This document shows, one piece after another, positions 1 to 9,900 of a stretch of 64,000 nucleotides of DNA. Origin of the DNA: Nitrospirota bacterium (GTDB lineage Bacteria; Nitrospirota; UBA9217). Within the stretch, counting starts at the first letter, position 1, and the number at the start of each line of letters is the position of its first letter. Under the pieces are notes generated by a model, which saw only the letters and a program-made list of their open reading frames with translations, was not told the DNA's origin and ran no database searches. Position numbers and translations under genes: made by a program. The stretch covers positions 32,001 through 96,000 of the forward strand of contig CAVUHW010000012.1 in assembly GCA_963741205.1 (NCBI GenBank), read 5' to 3'.

Positions 1-123
1 CTCGTCGCGCGGCACTCCGCGAACCCAAGCTCCATGCGTCAAGCTGCGTTGAACCTTGAGGCCCAAGGCCTCGGCGGCTGCTTGCGCATTGGCAGGAATA
101 GCAATATCGACGAGATCGGCCAT
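1..123 (-). CDS. Partial 5' end of a hypothetical protein running off the window (MADLVDIAIPANAQAAAEALGLKVQRSL...)
   Basis: ATG at 123 preceded by a GGGGAG SD-like sequence; frame open to the window edge. May belong to a chimeric segment. Confidence 0.35.
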   Translation of the reverse strand, partial: MADLVDIAIPANAQAAAEALGLKVQRSLTHGAWVRGVPRDE

Positions 124-312
124 GTGGATCTCCCCGTCTCGAATGTTGTCACCAAACTCCGGCACGGCGCCGCGCCGACAGCAATTTCTTCGCCCGCGCC
201 CGATCGTGCCGTGAGCGGTAGATCGAGATAACGGCGTAAAAAAACCATTCAAATCGGCGCATCGATTCGTAAACCCATGGCGACCTGATCGGCTCAAGGT
301 CAAATCGTCGAG

Positions 313-692
313 TTGGACGACTTTAAAATCATCCTTCTCGGGGGGACGATCACCCAGACCAGCAACAGCAAAGAAGGCACGGTCATCGAGGTCATCCAAA
401 AACCCCTCGACTACTGGGGCAAACCCAAGCGTACGGACAGGACCGGCGGCCGGTTTCTCGTGCTCTCCCCCGCATACCTTAATGCGATGATCTTTGCCCC
501 GGGCAGGGAGATCACCGTTGCGGCCGAGGTGGAAGGTACCCGCAGCAAGGCGCTGGGAGAGATGGAATACAGCTACCCGGTCGTCGCGCCAGGGAACTGA
601 AGCTCTGGGAGCGCGAGCGTCAGTCCTGGGACAAGCCGCAATGGATCGATCCTCTCTATGATCCTTACAGCCCTGCCCGACAGGAATGGTGA
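313..692 (+). CDS. Slp-family outer-membrane lipoprotein, 5'-truncated, frameshift near 590
   Basis: LLGGTI...EVIQKPLD...P...GRFL...YL...GREITV..EV.G Slp pattern, paralogous to the next gene; continues in another frame ELKLWERE...QEW* to 692; no signal peptide or lipobox present. Confidence 0.75.
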
Positions 693-720
693 CGAGAGTC
701 GCGAGCCAAGCGAGGCTGCC

Positions 721-1225
721 ATGATCGAAAAAACCAAACCGATTATTCCCCGCCCTGCTACTGCTTGTCTTGGGATTGTGGTTTGCCGGCTGCGCGCCGA
801 CATTCCCGCGGGAGATCACGGACAGGGTAGACAGGCACGTATCATTCAAGGAACTGCAGGCCGATCCCGAAAAATTCAAGGGCGTGTGGCTGATGCTCGG
901 GGGTGTCATCGTTTCCTCCCGCAACGCGAACGAAGGAACGTATCTCGAGATTTTGCAGAAGCCGTTGGAAAGCGACGGCAGGCCGGAAGATACTGATGCA
1001 ACGGAAGGGCGTTTTCTGGTCCTGACCGAGGGGTATCTCGATTCAGCCGTATACCACCGCGGGAGGATAATCACCGTTGTCGGCGAGGTCGCCGGCCTGA
1101 AGACGATGCCGCTCGATCAAACCATGTATCAGTTTCCGCTTCTCGCGGCCAAGGCCCTCAACCTGTGGAAGCCGTCAAACGGCCCTCAATTCTTTTTCGG
1201 CGTCAGCGTTTTTCACCGGATCTAG
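721..1225 (+). CDS. Slp-family outer-membrane lipoprotein (frameshift in signal peptide)
   Basis: Lipobox FAGC, then SFKELQADPEKFKG...LGGVIV...EILQKPL...GRFL...YLDSAVYHRGRIITVVGEV. Confidence 0.85.
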
Positions 1226-1231
1226 CGCGTG

Positions 1232-1352
1232 AAACCCGGGGACGATGAATTGGCGAAACGGAGAAGGGGCGATAGAGCGTCGGCGGGAAGGGAGCTTCCG
1301 TTGTTCCACTTCTTCGTTTCTCCGCTTCACCCCCTCGCCGAGTCGGTTCAAC
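1232..1352. repeat. Imperfect short-repeat hairpin element
   Basis: GCGAAACGGAGAAGGGGCGA on the left, complementary TTCGTTTCTCCGCTTCACCCCCTCGCC on the right. Confidence 0.5.
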
Positions 1353-1383
1353 TCCCCGCCGCTTCTGCGAAGAGAGGTCCCTC

Positions 1384-3207
1384 ATGAAACGAAGTTCTCA
1401 GCTCTTGTTCTATGTTCTCCTTGCCCTGATATTCGTCAGCATGTTCAGGATCTTTTCGGAACCCCCGAGCGAAGACATTCCCTACAGCACGTTCAAGCAG
1501 CTTCTGGCCGATAAAAAGGTGAAGGACCTCGTCATTACGCGGGACCACATCCGGGGAACCCGCCTTCCTGACAAGGGGGGTGAAAAAGAACGGCCGTTCA
1601 TGGTCGTCCGCGTTGAAGACAACGACCTGGTAAAACATATCGATGCCGCCGGCATTTCCTACAAGGGCGAGGTCAGCGAAAACTGGCTCAGGGATTTTTT
1701 GCTCACCTGGATCCTTCCGCTCGTGGTCCTCATCCTGATCTGGAGCTTTGTCTTCCGGCGCATGGGACAGGGCGGGCCGGGAGAAACGTTCATGAGCTTC
1801 GGCAAGTCGCGCGCCAAGATATACGGCGAGAGCGACGTCAAGGTCACCTTCAACGATGTGGCCGGCGTGGACGAGGCAAAGGAAGAGCTCATGGAGATCA
1901 TCGAGTTCCTCCGCCACCCTGACAAGTTCACCAAGCTCGGCGGCCGGATTCCCAAGGGCGTCCTGCTCGTCGGGCCGCCGGGCACGGGAAAGACGCTCCT
2001 GTCAAAGGCCGTGGCCGGCGAGGCCAAGGTCCCGTTCTTTTCCATGTCCGGTTCGGAATTTGTCGAGATGTTCGTCGGCGTCGGCGCCTCCCGAGTTCGC
2101 GACCTGTTCCAGCAGGCCGTGCAGAAAGCGCCCTGCATCATTTTCATCGACGAGCTCGACGCCCTCGGCCGCGCGCGGGGCATGGGGATGGCGGGCGCGC
2201 ACGAGGAGCGGGAGCAGACCCTGAACCAGCTCCTGGCTGAGATGGACGGTTTCGATCCCCGGAAGGGCGTGATCATCATGGCGGCCACCAACCGGCCGGA
2301 AATCCTCGACCCGGCGCTGCTCCGGCCCGGCCGCTTCGACCGGCACGTCCTGGTGGACCGGCCGAACATCAAGGACCGCGAGGACATCCTCCGGATCCAC
2401 ATCCGGGGCGTCAAGCTCTCGAAGGACGTTGATATCGCCGTGCTTGCGGCGCGCACGCCCGGGTTCGTCGGGGCCGATCTCGCGAACATTGTGAACGAGG
2501 CGGCCCTTCTGGCCGCGCGCAAGAACAAAACGGAGGTGGACATGACGGACTTCGAGGCGGCCATCGACCGTATCGTTGCCGGCCTTGAAAAAAAGCGGCG
2601 GGTCATGAACAAGAAGGAAAAGGAGATCGTGGCGTACCACGAGTGCGGCCACACTATCGTGGCCGAGCTTTTGCCTACGACGGACCCGGTGCACCGCGTG
2701 TCGATCGTGCAGCGCGGCATCGCGGCCCTGGGCTATACGCTCCAGCTCCCGACCGAAGACCGGTACCTGATGACCAAGGCCGAACTCAAAGACAAGCTCT
2801 GCGTGATGCTTGGGGGCCGCGTAGCCGAGGAACTCACCTTCAACGAGGCCTCGACGGGAGCTCAGAACGACCTTCAGCGCGCCGCCATCATCGCCCGCAG
2901 CATGGTGACCGAATACGGCATGACCGAGAAGTTCGGTCCCCTCACCTTCGAAAAGGAGCGCAGGCCCATGTTCCTCGACATCGGCCTGCCCCAGGGCGCC
3001 AAGGAATACAGCGAGGAAACGGCCCGGGAGATCGACCAGGAGGTAAAAAGTCTGATCGACGCGGCATACAAAAAAGTCCAGGAGATGCTTCAGGCGAACC
3101 AGGACAAGCTTAAACTTCTCGCGGCTGTTCTTCTGGAAAAGGAGACCGTCGAGGGTGAGGACATCAGGAAAATCCTGGGGCTTCCGGAAAAGAAGGAGCA
3201 GGGATAA
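1384..3207 (+). CDS. ftsH: ATP-dependent zinc metalloprotease FtsH
   Basis: Two TM segments, Walker A GPPGTGKT, Walker [34 protein letters not shown] Zn motif. Confidence 0.97.
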   Translation: MKRSSQLLFYVLLALIFVSMFRIFSEPPSEDIPYSTFKQLLADKKVKDLVITRDHIRGTRLPDKGGEKERPFMVVRVEDNDLVKHIDAAGISYKGEVSENWLRDFLLTWILPLVVLILIWSFVFRRMGQGGPGETFMSFGKSRAKIYGESDVKVTFNDVAGVDEAKEELMEIIEFLRHPDKFTKLGGRIPKGVLLVGPPGTGKTLLSKAVAGEAKVPFFSMSGSEFVEMFVGVGASRVRDLFQQAVQKAPCIIFIDELDALGRARGMGMAGAHEEREQTLNQLLAEMDGFDPRKGVIIMAATNRPEILDPALLRPGRFDRHVLVDRPNIKDREDILRIHIRGVKLSKDVDIAVLAARTPGFVGADLANIVNEAALLAARKNKTEVDMTDFEAAIDRIVAGLEKKRRVMNKKEKEIVAYHECGHTIVAELLPTTDPVHRVSIVQRGIAALGYTLQLPTEDRYLMTKAELKDKLCVMLGGRVAEELTFNEASTGAQNDLQRAAIIARSMVTEYGMTEKFGPLTFEKERRPMFLDIGLPQGAKEYSEETAREIDQEVKSLIDAAYKKVQEMLQANQDKLKLLAAVLLEKETVEGEDIRKILGLPEKKEQG

Positions 3208-3241
3208 AGCAGCCTCAAGGTCATGACCAAAGCCGGCAGGA

Positions 3242-3274
3242 AAAAGGCGCTCACGATTCTTGAGAGCGCCTTTT
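3242..3274. terminator. Bidirectional intrinsic terminator after ftsH
   Basis: AAAAGGCGCTC...GAGCGCCTTTT hairpin between convergent genes. Confidence 0.75.
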
Positions 3275-3386
3275 ATAGAGAATTGGAATCAATGAATGTT
3301 TAATGCTGGTATTTTCACGGGCGCGGCTACTCGCGTTCACTGCAGTTCTTTGTTGATTGTGCTATCTCCATCCAATTGCCAAAAAT

Positions 3387-3791
3387 CTATTTTTGGAAGT
3401 ACTGTCGAACTCTAGCTGCAATCTGACGATCGGTCATCTTGTCAACTGTCTCAATGCCGGCTATGCGACCACTCAACTTGGCGCTCTCGATTCGTTTTAC
3501 CAGCTCGCCCTTTGCCTCGCCGGGACCGAAAATCAGAATTAATTCCGCATTGCGAAGATGCGAAACTACCTCATCGTAGTATTTGTCGAGATGTTCCGTG
3601 AGGCCTCTCTCCTGCGCATCATCTGCTGGAACAAGTTGGGCTGGATAGGAAGTTGTTGAGCGTACGCCCTCAAAACGGCCGAGTTGTTTTTCCACATGTG
3701 AAATTATCTCTTTTACTTCCTCCCCTTTGTCTGTAACAGACACGATAATAGCCTTCCTACGGTCGATCCACAAACCCTTTGTCGTTTTCAT
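3387..3791 (-). CDS. eRF1 domain 2-like / baeRF (host-attachment-like) small protein
   Basis: GLWIDRRKAIIV N-terminus and ILIFGPGEAKGEL motif. Confidence 0.65.
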   Translation of the reverse strand: MKTTKGLWIDRRKAIIVSVTDKGEEVKEIISHVEKQLGRFEGVRSTTSYPAQLVPADDAQERGLTEHLDKYYDEVVSHLRNAELILIFGPGEAKGELVKRIESAKLSGRIAGIETVDKMTDRQIAARVRQYFQK

Positions 3792-4019
3792 AGGTTTCTC
3801 CCTGAGATATGATGTCCGCCCGTTGTTTTAAGTATACACCAGCAATCGTTCTTGGAAGCATCGCTTCCGCTGATTTATTCGCACTGGCGTTTTTGCATGC
3901 CTGGTTCATGCTTTTACCAGCCGGAGTTATTCGCCCTTGAATCAAGTCCGATTTATTATTCTTGAGAGGCAAAGGCCCCAATGAATCGGGGATTTCGCGA
4001 AGAGCCGTCACCTCTCGGT

Positions 4020-4095
4020 GAGGCAGGTAATGGGATGTCTCATATCATCTCAGCGGACACGCATTTTGACTCGATAAAGGAAATCAAGAGAGAGT
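4020..4095 (+). pseudogene. Remnant of a PIN/VapC toxin C-terminus
   Basis: G-MSHIISADTHFDSIKEIKR resembles the C-terminal I(V/I)S.D..FD.I..I.R motif of VapC; rest of the gene is absent. Confidence 0.35.
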
Positions 4096-4454
4096 GCGCC
4101 CGGAACTGTATGCGCGCTCCAGGACCGGCTGAATCGCGAAGAAAAAGGATTGAGCTATACCGACCTTCTCTTGATGTGGATCAAGGAGCACGTGCGAAGG
4201 AATCAAAACGGGTCGCGTAACGGCAAGACCCCGGAGCTTTCCCCCTGATTTCCTCGACGGTCAGAGATTGATCGGAGTTTTGTCAATTCAAAGTAACCCA
4301 TTAGACGAATTGACTGTATGGGAGTGGTTGTTTATTTTACCTAACGTTGTTGTCTGCTGAGCCTACAATCATGCAGCAGTGCCCAATATATCGGAGGGCA
4401 GTATACTACTTGAAGCAGTCCCCATTGCTTCCTTCATGACCTTAAGGGCCGTTA

Positions 4455-5393
4455 TTAAGCTATGTGTTTACTATCTCTGATCTTATCCGGCAAGGGGGCC
4501 AGGTTGCGTACGATGCCAAGCCAGGAAAACAGCACAAGGAGGTAATAGGTGATGTCGACCTCCCACCAGTAGAATCCCGCACGGGCGGTTATGGGAAAAT
4601 GGTGATGATTGTTATGCCAGCCCTCGCCCAGCGTTAAGACGGCCGTCCAGATGTTATTGCGGCTGTCATTCGGCATGTCGTACCTTCGCGAGCCGTACAT
4701 GTGATCGATGGAGTTGATCGAAAATGTCGCGTGGCTGCACACAACGGTGGAGATGAAAAACCCCCATACGAGCAGTTGAAGACCGTTGGTATTCAGGTCC
4801 GGCTTATACAGGGAAAGGAGATGCCCGATGACCAGGATGATACCTGCTTCCACAATGGGAATTGCATAGGAGACATTTTCGAGAAAAATCAGTTCCGGAT
4901 ACTTTAACCAATCCTTCACGTACTCCACGCGGATTCTTTTGTTCTCAGCCGCCAGTATCCAGCCGATATGACTCCAGACAAAACCTTGTATCCTGGGAGA
5001 ATGAAGGTCCTTCTCCGTGTCCGCGTAGATATGGTGATGACGATGGATGGCGGCCCACCATAACGGCCCGTTCTGCATGGCAGAGCAGCCCCAGAACGCG
5101 AACAGAAACTGAAAGAACCTGTTCGTGGCGAAAGCGTGGTGGGAAAAATATCGGTGATAGAATGCCGTGATCGCGAACATGCGGAGAAGGTAATACAGAG
5201 CGGCGAAGAGGACGGCAAACGCGCTCCACCCGACCCATAGGACCCCGAGAGGAGCGACATGGAACAGGACAAAGGGCATATTGTCCCTCCAGTATATCCC
5301 TTTTTTCCCCTGATCGCTTTGTTCGGGCAGGATGAAGAGGCGATTGGTCCATTGACGAATGCGGACGATCCACGTATCAAGTACTCTTCCCAT
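4455..5393 (-). CDS. Acyl-CoA (delta-9) fatty acid desaturase
   Basis: His boxes HRYFSH, HRHHH and GEGWHNNHH; TM segments. Confidence 0.92.
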   Translation of the reverse strand: MGRVLDTWIVRIRQWTNRLFILPEQSDQGKKGIYWRDNMPFVLFHVAPLGVLWVGWSAFAVLFAALYYLLRMFAITAFYHRYFSHHAFATNRFFQFLFAFWGCSAMQNGPLWWAAIHRHHHIYADTEKDLHSPRIQGFVWSHIGWILAAENKRIRVEYVKDWLKYPELIFLENVSYAIPIVEAGIILVIGHLLSLYKPDLNTNGLQLLVWGFFISTVVCSHATFSINSIDHMYGSRRYDMPNDSRNNIWTAVLTLGEGWHNNHHHFPITARAGFYWWEVDITYYLLVLFSWLGIVRNLAPLPDKIRDSKHIA

Positions 5394-5646
5394 AACAGGA
5401 CTCTTCGCACCAACACGGGGAAAACCGTATGAATTTATTACATTGCTTCAAGTATATAACGTCGCTCGTCATTTTTCAACGAAGAAAAACCTTTATTGAA
5501 GAGGGGAATTCCGGGGTAGCTGCTGCTGATTTCAGGTTGATAGTGTATGAGCCCCTAATCGCGGACACTACAACACTTTAGGATGAACTAGGCTTGAGCC
5601 AGGCTATCTCCCGTGCACGAGTTGTGAGAGGCCACGGTTGGCGGTG

Positions 5647-5991
5647 CTAGCTCTCGTCACACTTTACACAGCGTGTGCATGTCGGGTCCTCCGAAAGCCG
5701 GTGAATATCGATTTCCTCGCTGCATACAAAGCAGTTTCCGTACTCGCCGGCTTCAATACGGCGAAATGCACCCTCAATTTTACCGAGTTGACGCTGACGC
5801 TGCCTGACTGCTTTCTCAACCACAAGCTGTTCTTGCATGGCACCCATGCGGGAAAGCCGGCCTGAACCGGCTTGATCCGGCTCCACGGCCTCTTTCGATG
5901 ATTCTTCAAGCATCTGAAGCTCCGATCTAAGAATAAGAAGCTTTTCTCTGAACTGTTCGATCTGTGTTTCATTCATTCGCGTCTCCGACAT
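5647..5991 (-). CDS. TraR/DksA C4 zinc-finger protein
   Basis: GRLSRM..MQEQ coiled coil, GEYGNCFVC...TRCVKC. Confidence 0.85.
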   Translation of the reverse strand: MSETRMNETQIEQFREKLLILRSELQMLEESSKEAVEPDQAGSGRLSRMGAMQEQLVVEKAVRQRQRQLGKIEGAFRRIEAGEYGNCFVCSEEIDIHRLSEDPTCTRCVKCDES

Positions 5992-6039
5992 TTCTCGTTT
6001 GTCTCCAAGGGAACCGGCGGGGTAGCATTTTCGCTGCGT

Positions 6040-6912
6040 TCAGCATACCGAGTTTTTCAGGAACTCCTTTAGATCGCCCCCGATATCCTCCCTGACCAAA
6101 GCGTATTTTATGACCGCCTTCAGGTAGTTTAACGGATCACCGGTAGTCAGCCATTCTCCGTTATCCACCTCTTTGGCCAGAAAGATCCCCCCACGCTCAA
6201 CATACTGACGGATTGCATCGACGATCCAGAGTTCATTGTTTTTACCAAGTGGAATGTCTCTCAGAATATCGATAATATCCTGATTCAAAATCATCCGCCC
6301 GAAATCAGCCAAGTGAGACGGGGCCTCTTCTATGGATGGTTTTTCTATAATATTTTCTATTTCCGAAGAGTTGGGACGAAGCTTTACAATGCCGTAGCGG
6401 TTCACCATCTCTCGCTCGACTTTTTGCACCCCGATCATCAAGTGGCCATGCCTCTGATAATCCTCTATCATCTGTTTGGTGAAGGATACATTCGAGCGGA
6501 CAAGATCATCGCCCCAAACGTATATAAACGTTTCGTTTTCTACCAGGCTTGCTGCAGACAGCACCGGCGTACCATTCCCATAAGGCCCCTTTTGCCTGAT
6601 ATAGACGAAATTGGCCATCTCGGATATTCGCCGTATCTCCTCGAGCTGTTCCAGCTTTCCCGCTTCCTTTAATTCATTTGCCAGTGCCCAGTTATGGTCG
6701 AAGTGGTCTTCCAGAGATTTCTTATCCCATTTTGTGACAAGGATAATGTCCTGTATCCCGGCCTCCACCAATTCTTCTACGACCAGCTGAATAATCGGCT
6801 TGTCCACGATCGGCAACATCTCTTTGGGCATGGTCTTTGTTGCCGGAAGAAATCTCGTCCCGGCGCCGGCCACGGCAACAATCGCTTTCTTAATCTTTGG
6901 AACAGGCCTCAT
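6040..6912 (-). CDS. galU: UTP-glucose-1-phosphate uridylyltransferase
   Basis: KKAIVAVAGAGTRFLPATKTMPKEMLPIVDKP signature. Confidence 0.9.
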   Translation of the reverse strand: MRPVPKIKKAIVAVAGAGTRFLPATKTMPKEMLPIVDKPIIQLVVEELVEAGIQDIILVTKWDKKSLEDHFDHNWALANELKEAGKLEQLEEIRRISEMANFVYIRQKGPYGNGTPVLSAASLVENETFIYVWGDDLVRSNVSFTKQMIEDYQRHGHLMIGVQKVEREMVNRYGIVKLRPNSSEIENIIEKPSIEEAPSHLADFGRMILNQDIIDILRDIPLGKNNELWIVDAIRQYVERGGIFLAKEVDNGEWLTTGDPLNYLKAVIKYALVREDIGGDLKEFLKNSVC

Positions 6913-6927
6913 ATTGCCCCCTTATTG

Positions 6928-9900
6928 TTAAAGTATTCCTCTTCGCTTTATCTGGGCCGGTACCCTCATCTCGACCGCGTGCTCCTGACGATCGTCAACC
7001 AGGGAAATAGTCTGGCCGCTCTGCAGGGCGCCATCGACGGTCGCGCTCGCCTCCCTGTTGTCGCGTGTTTGCAGCACGGTGATATGGTAGATTGTTTCCC
7101 GGTACCTGTAGTGCATTGTAAACGAATCCCACTCCCAGGGCAGGCACGGCTCAAAGCGCAACTTGTCTGTTTCAAGCCGCAGCCCCAGAAGTGACTCCAG
7201 GATAAGCCGGTACATCCATCCGGCCGATCCCGTGTACCAGGACCATCCGCCCCTCCCGATGTGCGCAGGGGCCGCATAGACGTCGGCGGAGGCAACGTAT
7301 GGTTCTCCTTTGTAGATCGCGATCTCTTCAGGCGAGCTCGCATGGTTTATCGGATTGATCATCGCCAGAAGCTCCCATGCGCGGCTTCTGTCTCCCAATG
7401 CGGCAAAGGCCATCGCAGTCCAGACCGCGGCATGTGTATACTGCCCGCCGTTCTCCCTTACGCCGGGAACGTATCCTTTGATATAACCGGGATTCAGATC
7501 CGATTTGTCGAACGGCGGGTCCAGGAGCTGGATCAGGTTGTGTTCCCGTCGAACAAGAAGCTTATCCACCGCTTCCATTGCCAAGCGGGAGCGTTCGGCA
7601 TCCCCGGCGCCGGAGAGAACAGACCAGCTTTGGGCAATGGAATCGATACGGCATTCGGGATTGTTTGCCGAACCCAGCGGAGAACCGTCGTCAAAAAAAG
7701 CTCGCCGGTACCACTCGCCGTCCCAGCCGTGCTCCTCGATATTCCCGCGCAAACGATCGGCTTCTTCCTGGCAGCGCCCTTCGAATGATGGATCGCCATG
7801 CAGACGCGCGATCTCCGAAAATCGTACAAGCACTTCATACAGGAAAAACCCGAGCCAGACGCTTTCACCCTTGCCCTGCCTGCCCACCAGGTTCATGCCG
7901 TCGTTCCAATCACCCGAGCCCATAAGCGGCAGGCCGTGCTCGCCGCGGGTAAGGCCCCTCAGAATGGCCCGCACACAGTGATCGTACAGACTTGCCGTTT
8001 CTTCAGACGCATGGGGAAGATCGTAATACGAGTCCTCGTCCGGGTTTATTGGACGGCCTTCGATGAAACGGACGGTTTCATCCAGCACCCCGGTGTCTCC
8101 GGTTGCGAGAACGTAGCGGCACGCGGCCAGGGGCAGCCAGAGAAGATCGTCTGAACAGCGTGTTCGCACGCCCCGCCCCGTCGGGGGATGCCACCAATGC
8201 TGGACATCTCCCTCCTTGAACTGATGGGCCGCGCAGAGGAGGAGGTGCTCGCGCACGAGCCGAGGCTCGGAGAGGATGAGCGCCATCACGTCCTGCAGCT
8301 GGTCGCGGAAACCGAATGCGCCGCCGGACTGGTAGTATCCGCTCCGCGCCCAGAGACGGCACGCCAGGGTCTGGTAGAGGAGCCAGCCGTTGGCCAGCAT
8401 GTTGACGGATTGGTCGGGCGTTTCCACCTGCACCGCGCCGAGGGTGCGGTTCCAATACTCCCAGACTTTTTCCAGCGTCCCGCGCGCGGCAGCGGATCCC
8501 CGGAAGCGGCGCACCAGGTTGCCTGCGTCATCGGAGTTTCTTCCTGCGCCGAGCCTGAAGATAATCTCCCGCTCTTGCCCGTCCGCCAGATCGAAGGAAA
8601 CCTGGATAGCGGCGCACGGGTCCAGACCGGCGCCGATCCTTCCGGAAAGCCGCACACGGGTCATCGCAGCCGGTCTTTGAAGCGTGCCGTTTCGCCCGAG
8701 GAACTCGGTCCGGTCGCCGGTCACGGTCCGGGTCGCCTCGCCCGTATCAAAGAACGCGGTCCGGTCGATGAACTCCGAGTTATACGGGTTCCGCGCAAAG
8801 AGCGCGCCTGTTTTGGGGTCTATTTCGGTGATCACTTGCATTGACGTTTTCGGCCGAAGATCCCCAGTACCCATTCCACGTAACCGGTGGCTGAGAGCCG
8901 GCGCATTCGGCCTGATCTGTTTTTCACCTTCAATACCGTAAATTTGATCGATGCATCCATGGCAACGTAAACCCAGACCTCCGAGCTGACCCCGTCCTCC
9001 CTGTGCTCAAAGACGCTGTAACCGAAGCCGTGGCGGGTGACATAATGCAGCGCCCCGCAGCCCGGCAGCGGGAGGGGGGACCAGAAATGGCCGCTCTCTT
9101 CATCGCGGAGATAATAAGCTTCTCCGCCGGAATCGCTTATGGGATCGTTGTTCCAGGGAGTGAGGCGGAACTCGTGGGCATTTTCGCTCCAGGTGTAGGC
9201 AGCTCCGCTCTCCGAAATAATTGTCCCGAAAAGCGGGTTTGCGATCACATTCACCCATGGCGCCGGAGTCTTCTGCCGCGTGGCGGTCGCAATCACGTAC
9301 TCGCGGCCGTCAGGCGTGAATCCTCCGAGTCCGTTGAAGAAGATCAGGTCGCGGCGGGGCAGCTCGGCGGCCGTCGGGGTCTTCGGCGCGATGGGTTCGG
9401 ATCGGCGTGAGGCGCGGGACCGGCACATCCGCCAGGCGGCGACGGTGGATCTGGTCCCACAGCGTCCCCCGGCTGTCGGTGAGGATGGCGCGAGCGACCG
9501 TTTGCAGCAGAATGCGGTCCTCTTCCGATATCTGCTCCGCGAGCCTCAAAAAGATGCCGCCCGGTCGATCGGTCACGTTGGCTTCAATGCCTGCGGCAAT
9601 CAACCCCATGATTTGTTCTTGGAGCAGTTGCCGATAACCTGCTTGATCTTCGTTCCAGATCACCAGGTCCACCGCCAGCCCTTTTAAGTGCCAGTATGCG
9701 TGGGCCTGCACGAGTTGGCGCACCAGGTCGATGTTCGCCGGATCTGCGATCTTCACCAGCACGATCGGCAAATCGCCGGAAATGGAATAGCCCCACAGTC
9801 CGGATTGCCCGCGGCGGTTCTTGATGAGAACGCTCGCGTCGGCGCGCAGAGAGGAATTGGCATAGATGACGTTGCCGGCAAGGTGTCCATAGAGTTGCGC

